Position numbers and translations under genes: made by a program | Assembly: GCA_013265495.1 (NCBI GenBank) | Contig: MU058844.1 | Coordinates: 5,641,260 to 5,705,259 of the forward strand | Length of the DNA stretch: 64,000 nt | Direction of reading: 5' to 3' | Source of the DNA: Vicugna vicugna | Taxonomy: Eukaryota | Part shown: positions 1 through 11,017 of the stretch, piece after piece | Layout of the letters: every line of letters starts with the position of its first letter | Position numbering within the stretch: the first letter of the stretch is position 1 | The notes under the pieces: generated by a model | Database searches by the model: none | Told to the model about the DNA's origin: nothing | What the model saw: only the letters and a program-made list of their open reading frames with translations

Positions 1-1428
1 TCACAATGTCACCTTTTAAATAAGAACTACCAGTGAGCCACAGAAGTCAGCGTTGCCCAAAGGAACTTCCTGAAGATCATCATGAGGAATCAGGGGGTGG
101 TCTGTGAGCATTAAGCAGTCAAGAGAGACTAACTTGGGTCATAGATGGGAGAAGAGCGGCAGGGTTAGGGTTATCACAATGTGAAAGAGTTATGTGAGGG
201 GCAGTTAAGAAAAGAATTTCATAGATGGTGAGATGACTTCCTGGGAAATGCTGAGTGTGATGAGGATTCAGGAGAGGTTTTTCTGTTGTATGAGGTACAA
301 AAAGGGTTAAAGGTGATCCCACCATGGTTTTCTCAGTAGTCTTAATTAAAAGGGCAATGGCCATAATAGCTCTAAGGCAATGGGAGTTACCCTCTTGTTC
401 CAGGGTCCAGTTGCTGGCTATAGTACCCTAAGGGTTGATGGTCAGTTTCCAAGTGAGTACCCTGGGGAAATTCTCTCCCTTTTCATATACAAAAAAAGGA
501 AAAAGAAACTCTGATCATTGGTATGCCCAAGGGCATTTGCATTCATCAAACTCTCCGTAAGCCTTGAAAACTATGATGTCTGATTCTTCTCATAAAATTG
601 GGTTCGAGTTGTTTTTGTTTAGTAAAACATACAGAGGTTTGGCCATAAGAAAAAAAAATTGGAATCCAATTTCAGCAATAATCAACTAGACTAGAAAATC
701 TCACAGTTGGTGCTTAGTTTTGGATCTAGATGTAGCCTTTGTTCTGATATCAGATGCCCTAAATATCAAAACTGGGTTTGGGCAAACTATAATTTTTCTA
801 TGGCTATCTTATGTCTCTTTAAAGCTAAACGCTTTAACAAATGGATGCTGTCAAATCATCCACACGTTGCAACAAAGTAGGTCCTCTAGAGAACTTTATT
901 TCATCCAGATCAGCCTTCAGGATCTTCAGGAAATAGGAAGGACTCTTCAGTAAAACCCTGAAGCATTACTGTGTTTCCTCCCAAGTGAAGGCATAAAGGT
1001 ACTGGTTAGCTTCATCTCTGGGGTGCTAAAGAGTGCACTGCATAAATCAGTTTCAGTAAAGAATTTGTTTCCTGTGGGAATGGATTTTAGTGACATATGG
1101 GGGTTAGGAACAACAGGGTGTCGAGGGATAGCAATGTTGTTTATCGCTAGAGAGTCCTGGACAAACGTCCACTCTCAGCCCTTAGGTTTTCTCACTGGTA
1201 AAATGAGTGTTACAGGGGCTAGTACAAGGGATAATGAGATCTTGACCTTTGTAATCTTCTATTGTGGGTTTTATGCTTTGAAAGTCTTCTTTACTTATAC
1301 AAAATTGATTCATCCTGGGAAGAGATTTTGAGGAGTCTGATTAAATCTTGATGGGAGATAAGCTATGAATTTTGCCGATAGAGGTTGGAAATTTTGTCCA
1401 TAAGGAAGGTGTTTTCTGATCAATAGGA
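1..1428 (-). pseudogene. pol: Decayed class I (gammaretrovirus-like) ERV pol: reverse transcriptase plus connection domain, continuing past the window start
   Basis: Hand translation of the minus strand gives RT motifs in order: PCTSPCNT..LPVRKP, RHPVVPNP, TDLCSALFS (about 1022-1051), YAFTW, QGFT, LLQRVDDL (YVDD-equivalent at 855-866) and YYSQQLDP..CLRA. ORF 119..364 (AIALLIKTTEKTMVGSPLTLFVPH...NPAALLP) resembles the MLV connection region. Multiple stops and frameshifts are present. Confidence 0.9.
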
Positions 1429-1871
1429 GGAAGACAAAGGTTTTTTTCAGCCAGTTTCCAGAGAACAGCCCCTACTCCAAAGGCTGAACTGGCGCAGTTT
1501 CAAGTAGACCCTGTTCTGGAAGGAATGGGACAAAGGCTAGCCAGTTTCAGGAGAAACAGCCCTTGTTCCCCCCAAAATGAGCTGAAGGCTTAGGCTAGCT
1601 TCAATTGAAACACTCTGACCTCAAAATCAGACCAAAATGTCAAATACTTGCATACAGAATGAGGCCTTAACCAGAAAACAAAACCTGAAAATAGATCCTG
1701 AATAAAGCCCAGAGGGCTTCAGATGCAAAGAAGATAATGAGCTCAAACTCAGGAAAAAGATGTACCTTCAAACCCCAGGGTCAGCAAGAAAAGCAGTGAC
1801 CAAAAGGGGATCAAACGTGGGTACTCTACCTGCGTGCTCATCAGCCCCAGAACTTTTGGGGGTCTTCTCTG

Positions 1872-1889
1872 GTCCTCCTATAGCTGCCA
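1872..1889 (-). other. Degenerate primer-binding site of the ERV
   Basis: TGGCAGCTATAGGAGGAC begins 3 nt after the CA end of the LTR on the minus strand. The tRNA identity is uncertain (Arg-like by eye). Confidence 0.6.
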
Positions 1890-1892
1890 AAA

Positions 1893-2247
1893 TGCTGACT
1901 TAAAACAAATAGACTTTTAGATATCTCTCCAGCAAAAATGGATTTATTCTGGATCAGCAGAGAATTGCAGTTCGGGGTCTGCAAACATACTGAATCACAT
2001 GCGAGTCCCCCTCCCTCCCCAGCCCCAACGACAAAGGAAGACAAATACTTTCATAGAGGGGGAAAGGAGGTTGGGAGGGCTATAGTACAGAGTCCATGTC
2101 TTTTCATTGGCTGAGTCTTTGCCAGGAAAGAAGAGGGGTCATTCTTCCTCCTATTGGGCTCTGCTGTTATCACAAGACATGGGAGCTCCCCCTTCTGGTC
2201 TCCTGACTCTTATTTAATTGAGGTTTCTATTGATTAATTTTTTTACA
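1893..2247 (-). mobile_element. 5' LTR of class I ERV (about 355 bp)
   Basis: The minus strand starts TGTAAAAAAATTAATC and ends AAGTCAGCA. AATAAA lies about 50 nt before the end, followed by the PBS, leader and pol. Confidence 0.8.
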
Positions 2248-2564
2248 AAATGTTTACACAAACTTTTAGAATGTCAAATTGGGAGACTGTTTTTACATTC
2301 TTTTGAAGCCTTCTACTTGATTTTATATATCTTATTAGTTGAGGAATAGAATAAAATTAAATTATGCACATTATACGGCTGGTAGATTTTGATCCAGTAA
2401 GGAAAGTGAAATGGTAACAATTAGAGGTAAATAAAAATATCAATTGCACTTTCCATTATTCACAAAGAAGGGGCTTTACCACCTTTTAGGGCTCTTAGTA
2501 GGTAATTTATGTGTAAGTTTTAATGAAAGATAAGATATAACCCAACTCTAAAACTTGTTATGTG

Positions 2565-2805
2565 AGAGGGTATAGAACATTAAGATTTTGTAATCATAGT
2601 GATCAAATGTGAGTCTTAGCTCCACCATTGACCAACAGTGAGACATTAAGCATGCTTCTTAACCTCTTTAAGCCAACTTTCCTACCTGTAAATTTGGGAT
2701 AAAAATGATTCCCTGTAGTACTAGTATGCAGGCAAAAAGAGATAATGCTGAAAAAGCATAACCTTTGGACACACGCTAAGTTCTTAATAAATTTCAGTTA
2801 TCATT
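2565..2805 (+). mobile_element. MIR SINE
   Basis: Core-like cttaacctctttaagcc...cctgtaaatttgggataa and 3' end ...cttaataaatttcagttatcatt. Confidence 0.7.
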
Positions 2806-3559
2806 TTTTTTACCATGAAAGCATTGACTATTAATAAACTAATCATATTCAAAAGAAATGTGTCTTATTAAATATTTTTCCTTAGATGTTTATGCAAATA
2901 ATCTTCTTATGTGGTATAATGTGAGTAAAGAAAGATAACGGTAACATCTCTTCTGACTAGAATTCCAACCAAAATCTCGAGTTATTTATTCATTCCCTTG
3001 GGTTAATGGTTGTTGTTTAAAACAAGTACAAACCTCTGAAAAGGATAAATTAAGCCATTATCAGACATCAACATTTTTATTCAGATAGAATTGTCAGATT
3101 AGTTTCCTTCATCACTTTGGGAGTGAGGGAAAGAGACACAAGAGTAAGTGTATTTAGAGGAAGGTATGATGAAGGATGTCTTGTAGTGTAAGAAAGGAGA
3201 GCTGGGTCAGAGGTTTCCAGTGTAGAACTGTAGATTTTGGTCCATCCTTTCTAAGGTTTACTGTGTTCCATGGACAAAAGAGAAGCAGTAAGAACCATGG
3301 AGCAGGTTTTCCATAAATCTAAGTTCATGCAACATTTTGTGAAGTTATACCCTTACTAATTTATGGGAATTGAAATTTCATTTCTTTTTTGAAATTATAG
3401 TGGGTGATTTTGTTTTAAAGTATTACTCATTGAATCCTAAAATATTGAGCATTTTCAGTGAGAAGGCTATTGAGTCTCTTTGAATTTTAAGATACTTGTG
3501 AAGAAGGGGAACTACAAGTTGCTGACGCAATGAGTTTCCCAGGTAACTAACAAAAATTT

Positions 3560-4260
3560 GTTCATTCACTAAATACACATTCATTCATTTACTCATTTAA
3601 AAACTAGACACTATTTTAGGTGTCAGGAACAGAGCAGGAATCAAGAAAAATCCTTACTACCATTACATTTTAAATTATTATATTAGAAATTAAATTACTA
3701 TAATGGAAGAAGTCATTGGGGGAAAAACAATATTACTCTTCTTGGCTGTAATAAATGCTAAGTGCTTATAGAACAGGTAAAAGAGTGATGGAGAAAGGCA
3801 TGTTTCTGGAGTCAATAAATGCCTCTCTGAAGAAATAATATTTGAGCTTATATCTGAATGATATGAAAGAATCATCCATTGCCACTTTTGATAAAATTGC
3901 CAAGTGAAAAAATTTGAGGGGTTGATTGGGTAACAACATGAAAGAATATGTAGGATATATGTGTGATATCAAGAAATTTACTATCACTTAGATATTGAGC
4001 TAGTGAAAAAGTGACTGCAGGAAAAAAAACTTAAAGAAATGGTTAGGAATCGACTCATGAAGAGTCTGTATTCCATGCTAAATGTGATAAACCTTTTAAA
4101 TTTTATCCTAAAAGCAACAGGGAGGAATTATTTGAAGGGAAATTATGTGATCAGAATTGCACTGTAGTAAGATAAGTCAAATCTCCAGCATCATGGAGAA
4201 GTTGGTATGTGAAGGAGATAGGAAGGTCATATAGGGGTCTGTTGTAATAAGTTCTTCCTT
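3560..4260 (-). mobile_element. L2 LINE 3' remnant
   Basis: ttcattcatt tail followed by ...actattttaggtgtcaggaacagagcag and further L2-like purine-rich segments. Confidence 0.6.
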
Positions 4261-6334
4261 GAAGGATACCTGTGTGAGCTTCAATGGGAGCACAAAAAAA
4301 AAAAAGAAAGAAAGAAAGAAAGAAAAAGTGAATTATATCAGCAGTGGGTCAAAAAGTACTTCCTTGAAGAAAACATTTAACCTGAGTTTTTTGAGTAGCT
4401 GCTGCATCTTGAAAAATAGGGTTGGGTGATAGAAGTTGAAATCCCAGGTAAAACGGGAAGAATAGGAAAAAGCACGTAGAAAACATGTCTTGATCACTAA
4501 CTAATGCTTTATTGCTAAGGTGTAAGCCCATACAAGTAAAGGTCAGAAATAAAACAGGCAGTCTCATCTCTTGAGAGTGATAAACACCAGCAGCCTAACA
4601 GCCATTAATAACGGGGACCTGGAGTGATTCTGAACAATGAATGTAACAGTGGAACTTTAAACTATTTATGAGGAAGTTGTGCCATTATGATGGTGTGGGT
4701 GGGTGTGAGAGGAAGTGTACTGCATTCTACATATAATAGAATGTAATTTACTACACTATACTACAACATAATATAGTCAATTTTTTGTTGTTGTTGTCAG
4801 TGTCTTAGATCTGGAAGCTTTCACTTAATCCAATTACATAGTAAACTCATAGTACCAAAAAACACCATAATATTTGAAAGAAAATTCATATACTTAATTT
4901 ACATGGTTCAGAAATTGGGCTCAAAATGAGGAAGTGTGTTTGAACAATTAGAGTGGTCCAAGAGTGAAGCTGGCTGATGGATGCCAGCACCATCCCTTCC
5001 AGAGAGCCAGCTTGTGCTCGATGTCATCAGACATCAGGGCCAGTGATGGGTCATCCAGCCGTGTGACAGCTTCTCCCTCAAGCACAGGCAGTGCTGTTCC
5101 AGTACTAATATTTCAGTCTGTGAAAAGTGCTGGAAAACAAAGTTCAGGCTAACCAGAAACATTATCTTTTTCTCTGAGGTGTAAATTTGAACTGAGTATG
5201 GACAATAAGAAAATCCTCATAAAATACATTATATATTTTATATTACCCAGGGAAAGCTAAATCAAATAAATCCATCCTCACAGAACCAATTTCTCCTTCA
5301 TAACTTGTTTGTGTATTTCTGCCTTCTTCCTTTGATTTCTCTAAGAAGTTTTCAGCAAAAGTATCTTCAATGGAAATTTAATATAAGGCTTTGCTTTGCC
5401 TTGAGTTAAGTTAAATTTGTTGTTTTATTTCTAAAAGCTGAACATAAGATGTACATGGAGAAAGAAGAGGAGAATTGTGAGATTTCTTATTGCAAAAATG
5501 CAGTTAAATAGTGTATTTAAAAAATTTTTGATTTTGGCATCTAGTAGCAGTTCTTTGAAAGTATTTCTGTTAAAAGGCACATTAAACCGTAAAATGTCAG
5601 ATTGGAATGTTCTTTACATGCATGAAACACCCGTTAATTATCTTATTGAAAATTCACTTTTTTACAAGATGGTTTATTCCAATGTTATTTATTAAAAAAG
5701 ACTTCCAAATTTGCAACCAAAGTTGACTCATACCCCACACTCCAACTTCTCATATCCTAATTCCAAAAAAAAAAGGATGTTGTGTTGTTATCAATGTAAT
5801 GTATGCCCAACATCAAAACTACTGTGTCAGAAGTACTTCCTTCCCACTCTCAGTCCCATTCCCCAGAAGAAAACACTCTGCCTTAACTTGTGTGTTACAT
5901 TTTCTGACATATTCAAATCCCTTAATAAAATACTTATACTGTATCTTTATCATTTTTTAGAGAGCACCTGCCTTTCCTCAACTAGGAATTTATATCCATT
6001 CCAGAAATTTGTATTTCTGTTTTTTTAGCCCCAAGCTTGCATTTCTTGCTTTTTCAACTAGTGATATGTCTTTTGACTTTCCTCTTTAAAATGATAACCC
6101 CTTCCTTCCTTGAGCTCTGCTTTCCCTTCGGTCTCACCTCTGTAGTTACATTTTTGTTTAAGTTTTTTAGCATTTAAATACTCTCCTGAAACAATTCTTG
6201 TCTTCCAACCCTTGCAAATAGATTGATGATAACAGTTAAAATTGGTGTGCAAATTAGCTTTATGTAAATGTATTCACTGTAGTCAGTGGTCATTTCATTT
6301 TTCTTCCTGTTCAGCTGTGCTTTTCTGAAATTTT

Positions 6335-6337
6335 TTT

Positions 6338-6370
<33 letters not shown>

Positions 6371-6374
6371 TTTC
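6335..6374 (+). repeat. (TTTC)n microsatellite
   Basis: Seen directly. Confidence 0.9.
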
Positions 6375-6602
6375 ATCATTGTCTTATGTTTGTGTAATCT
6401 TTCAATCTTTCAGCTCAAGGTTTTTATTTTATTTTTCTAAATTGCATCTGCTTTTGCTTTAGGAACACTTATCTTCCTGCTCCACTCCAGAAAAGGTTAT
6501 TTCTATGCCTGAAGTGATAATGTATAAATTTCCTGTCTTTATTTTCTATTTTTGAAGCTATTCTACCTCACGTTACTTACCATTCTTTTTTTCGATGTGC
6601 CC

Positions 6603-6991
6603 TCTACCCTAGCTGGGTCCCCTGGAAAGCAGACTCTGAGATACAGATTTGAATGTAGGAGGTTTTTAGAGTGAAAGAAAAGGAAATGGAGGAAGTTGAA
6701 TGGAGATACAGTCATAATGAAGGCTTCAGCTGGGGTGATCCTTCTGTGTCTTCCTGAGCTGAGCTAGGGTAGGAAGTTCAGTCTTTGTATCAGCACATTG
6801 ATTATTCCTGGGATGGGTACCACCCTAGAAAGGGGACATCCTACCTTGAGTGAGGTAGTTTTCTTCAGCTGCAGCATCACAGTAAGGAGGTTACAGATAA
6901 GGCTCTCTACCAGCAGCAGTCCCAGCAGCTGAAAAATCAAATCCTTTGTTCTAAAGAGGGTCCTGGGCAGCATGATACAGTATCCGCCACA
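6603..6991 (-). mobile_element. ERVL LTR (LTR16/LTR33-like)
   Basis: The plus strand reads agctgggtcccctggaaagcagactctgagatacagatttg. The minus-strand start TGTGGCGGATACTG is typical of LTR16/33. Confidence 0.65.
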
Positions 6992-7410
6992 GTCCATACC
7001 ATGCAGACAGGGATCTTCTAGGATTCTGCGCATTCTCTTTTTCTTTGGGAAGCTTGGGAGAGGAAGCCGTCACCACTGCAGCTGGTCTCAGGCTGCAACT
7101 GTTATTCATTATAATCTTCCTCTCCTACCCATTCTAAAGCCCCTTACCCTCAGCTGGCACCTCTGCTGACCTCATGGACTTGATCAATTGACCCAAACCC
7201 TCATCCTTAAAGGTCTAAGTCCTTGAACATCATGCTTTTCTCCGCCAGGTCTGTTAAGTTTGTCTACTTATTATCAATATGGAGCAAGGGACCAGCAAGA
7301 GGGGCTCACTACCCAAACATGTTTCTTTCCGCCTGCACTGGGTAAGAGCAGCCTTGCTTCCTGAAGATCAGATCAGTTATCCCTGCCGGGACTATTAAAG
7401 TATAGCTGGT
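6992..7410 (-). mobile_element. ERVL internal 3' remnant adjoining the LTR
   Basis: A GC-richer segment directly abuts the TG start of the LTR and resembles an ERV3-16A3-type internal end. Confidence 0.45.
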
Positions 7411-7499
7411 ACTCTAATGAGACTGCAGCTGGGCCTCCCGGCAGAAACAGTTCTCCTTCAGGAGTTTGTCCCTCTAAACCCTACTTCCATTTGGCTCTT

Positions 7500-7944
7500 C
7501 CCTGTTGATTTCAACCCTCTGATGAGTTTCTTCATCAATTTATCCTCATTGTTCTCTTTGTCCACTAGAACTTTTAACATACTAATCATTACAGATTGTC
7601 TAAGCATTTTTTTGTGTGTTTATTCTTAGTATTTGTCTAAGCATTGTGCTTTTTGTATTACTTGTTTAAGTAAATTTTTTGTGTGTTTTTCGTTTGTTTT
7701 TTAGGGGTGCTCTGATCTTTTCAATCTATGGATTAATTTTTTATTATATTATTCTTTAATTTTGCCCCCTCTTCCTCCTGGGACTCCAATTATATTAATG
7801 TTAGATGGCTGGATATTGTCCCATAGGTCACTGCATGTTGGCTTATCTTAACTTTCTGTTTTTCAGTTATGGTAGTGTCCATTTCCAGGCCTTTGTGTAC
7901 ACTGATTTCCTTCTATGCAGTATCTAATCTGATATTAAATCCAC

Positions 7945-7990
<46 letters not shown>

Positions 7991-8860
7991 ATATATATAT
8001 ATATACACACATACATATTTATTTATATAAAGAGCATTGAATGTTAAATTGATTATTCTTGTCATTTTGCAGTCTGTTTCTAGTGATTGAGTTTTCTTCT
8101 GTTTGGGGTCATATATTCCTGATTCTTCTAATAATTCCATGCTTACATGATACACTTTGTGACTCACTACATTTTTTTTGTCTTTCTTTTGAAGGTGTTG
8201 AATTTTTTGACTAATAGTTAATATATTTTCAAATCAGCTTGATTCTTGCAAGGCTTGTTTTTAAAATATGCTAGTGTGACCATACAGTAGCCTTTACTTT
8301 TAGAGATAGTGTAATAATGCTTTTCTTAAGGTTTGGTCTTTCCGGTATCTTTATTGAATGTTCTAATCATGAAGTCTTTTCACTATGGTTGGTTGGATCT
8401 CAAACACTTCCCAGTCCTGTATTACCTAAGAGAGCTGTCAGTTGTTCTCTCTGCCGTAGCGGTTCTTTCCCTCCATGTGTGGAGTCTCACCCTAAGCATC
8501 TGCTGCTCAGTATTTAGCCACTCAGTTGCGGAATTCTAGAGCTCTTTAACTGCATAGATTTTTTTTTTAACGTGATACTTTATCTTCAGCCTCCCTAATT
8601 TCTGATTTCAGTGTTCTTTGCTTAGTAAGGCTGTTTATACACTGCTTTAGACCCCCTTTCTTATGCTACCTCCCTCATCGGACTTCCAGGGAGAAAGACT
8701 CAACATGTATGGCAGTCAACTCATTTCTCAGGGATCAAAGTCCTGAACTCCCTAGGTCAAATATCTGAAAACTATTGTTTTGAATATGATGTACTGTTTA
8801 ATAGCTATTTACAGAGGATGGCTAGATTAGTAGCTGGAGTCAGGACTGGAAGTAAGAATA
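7500..8860 (-). mobile_element. Ancient L1 (L1M) 5'/ORF1 remnant
   Basis: ctcctgggactccaattatattaatgttagatgg...ttgtcccataggtcactg is an antisense ORF1 signature. Confidence 0.6.
7947..8015. repeat. (TA)n/(CA)n microsatellite
   Basis: Seen directly. Confidence 0.95.
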
Positions 8861-9522
8861 TCTATACATTTTTAAAAGCAGTTTTATTAAAGTAAGATGA
8901 ACATACAATAAACTGTATATATGTAAAGTATATAATATGAAAATTATTGATACATGTATGTACCTGTAAAATCGTCACCAACACCAAAGTAATGAATATA
9001 TCCATTACCCTATGAACCTTTGTAATTCCTTTCCCCTACTCTTCCCCCTTTCCACATCTTCTTCCCATCCATCGGCAACCCCTGGTCTGATTTCTGTTTA
9101 TACAAATCATTTTGCATATTATGTGATTTTATGTAAATTGATTCATACATTATAACTTCTTTCACACAGCATGATTATGATATCCATCCATGTTGTTACA
9201 TGGATCGATAGGTCATTCTTTTTATTGAAGAGTAGTATTTAATTTCATGGACATAATGGAATTTGTTTATCTATTCATCCATTAGTGAACATTTGGCTTA
9301 CTTCCGGTTATTAACATTTTATATCTAATAAAAATGTTATGAACATTCATATCTTTGTGCAGACATACATTTTCATTTCTCTTAAGTAAATTCCTAGGAA
9401 TAGAATGGCTGAATTAAGAGATACCTATATCTTTAAAATTTTAAGAAATTTCCAAGTAATTGCACAAAATATATTAGCATTCCAGTTTCTCCATATCCTT
9501 GCCAGCACCTTATATGGTCTTT

Positions 9523-9679
9523 ATTTCTTTTTTTAAATTTCCTTGTTTTCCTTTCCTCTCATTTTCTTTCTTTCCTCTCATTTTCTTTCTTTCCTCTCAT
9601 TTTCTTCCTTTTCTTTTCTTCCTTTTCTTTTCTTTCTTTCTTTCTCCCTTTCTTTCTTTCTCCCTTCCTTTCTTTCTCC

Positions 9680-9723
<44 letters not shown>

Positions 9724-9775
9724 TCTCTCTTTCTTCTCTCTCTTCCTTCATTCCTTCCTTCCTTTCCTTCTTTCA
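9523..9775 (+). repeat. About 250 bp polypyrimidine (TTTC/TTCC)n tract
   Basis: Seen directly. It gives rise to the spurious F/L/S-rich ORFs. Confidence 0.95.
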
Positions 9776-9779
9776 TGTT

Positions 9780-9934
9780 AAAAAAAAAAGTAACATGAGG
9801 TCTACACTCCTGACAAATTCTTAAGTGTATAGTACAGTATTATTAATTCTAAAGACAATATTGTACAGCAGATCCCTAGAGGTTTTTCATTTCACATGAC
9901 TGAAACAATGTGTGTAAAATTTCAGCCCTGCAAG
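9780..9934 (-). mobile_element. Short L1MA-type 3' end
   Basis: acatgaggtctacactcctgacaaattcttaagtgtatagtacagtattattaa resembles the L1MA9 3' end. A possible TSD is ATGG(T/C)CTTT at 9514-9522 and 9935-9943. Confidence 0.65.
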
Positions 9935-9967
9935 ATGGCCTTTTTTTTTTAATTTAGACATTTTAAT

Positions 9968-10317
9968 AATTGAATTGTGTTCCCTCGAAATGTACATATT
10001 AAAATCCTAATCCCAACATGATGCTATTTGAAGATGGTTTCTTTGGGAAATAATTAGGTTTAGATGGAGTTGTGAGGATGGGACTCTCAAGATGGCATTA
10101 GTATCCTTTTAAGAAAAGACATCAGAGTTTGCTCTCTCTCTCTCTTTGCCATTTGAGGATACAGTGAAAAGGCAGCTAGAAAATGACCTCACCAGAAGCC
10201 AACCATGTTGGCATCTTGATCTTGAACCTCTATCCTCCAGAAATGTGAGAAAATAAATTTCTATTCTTTAAGGCACTTAATCTGTGGGATATTGTTATGG
10301 AAGTCTGAACTAATACA
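9968..10317 (+). mobile_element. MaLR solo LTR (MLT1A-like)
   Basis: tgaattgtgttccctc...tttgggaaataattaggtttagatgg...ccagaaatgtgagaaaataaatttcta...gaactaataca. Confidence 0.85.
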
Positions 10318-10825
10318 GTAATGATATCTAGTAGCTTTAATTTGCATTTCTTTAATTCTTAAAATCAAATTTTCGTGTTCAATGAAAGTATGATTGTATT
10401 TGATTGGAAGAATTACATTGAATCTATAGATCAACTTCAGATGAATTGACATCTTTATAATATTGTGCCTTTCTAATTCCATGAGATGAGATTTAAAAAA
10501 AATTTATTTAGATCACCTATAATTTGTTTCAGTAAAATTTTTTATATTTATCTGCACATGAGTCTTATACCTCTTTGGTTAATTAATTCATGGATATTGT
10601 GTAGTTTTTTCTTGCTATTGTAAATGGATTTTGATAAATGACATAATATTTTTAAATTTATTTTTTGATGTCAACTTAGTAATTTTTTCTTAAGTTTTCC
10701 AGTCTTCTTTACTTACCATTTCTTTTAAAGTGCAATTCAGTGATATCAATGAAATATTTTTATTGGAATGTTTAAAACTTACCTTCATAAATTTTGAAGT
10801 CTGATGATGTTTAAGCTGCCTTCTT

Positions 10826-11017
10826 TTTTTTTTTTATTGAAGTACAGTCAATTACAATGTGTCAATTTCTGGTGTACAGCACAATATCCCAGTCATAAAT
10901 ATGCATAACTATATTTGTTTTCATATTCTTTTTTCATTAAAGATTACTATAAAAATTGAACATAGTTTCTTGTGCTATACAGAAGAAACTTTTTTTAAAA
11001 TCTATTTTTATATATAG
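10826..11017 (-). mobile_element. Young 5'-truncated L1 3' end (artiodactyl/camelid type) with perfect TSD
   Basis: A poly(T) run is followed by attgaagtacagtcaattacaatgtg. The 14-bp TSD TAAGCTGCCTTCTT occurs at 10812-10825 and 11018-11031. Confidence 0.85.

Larger units (their letters stand above)
8868..10640 (-). mobile_element. L1MB-like 3' UTR and ORF2 end, interrupted by younger insertions
   Basis: Antisense L1 3' UTR motifs are present. ORF 10261..10482 contains NIIKMSIHLKLIYRFNVILPIK and IKEMQIKATRYH, both ORF2p motifs. Confidence 0.8.

Noticed and set aside
4964..5152. GC-richer segment with protein-like minus-strand translation (GTALPVLEGEAVTRLDD...)
   Set aside because: There is an in-frame stop just after the nearest acceptor and no start codon, donor or recognisable homology.
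9499..9824. Two hydrophobic ORFs of about 95 aa
   Set aside because: Translation artefacts of the (TTTC)n tract.
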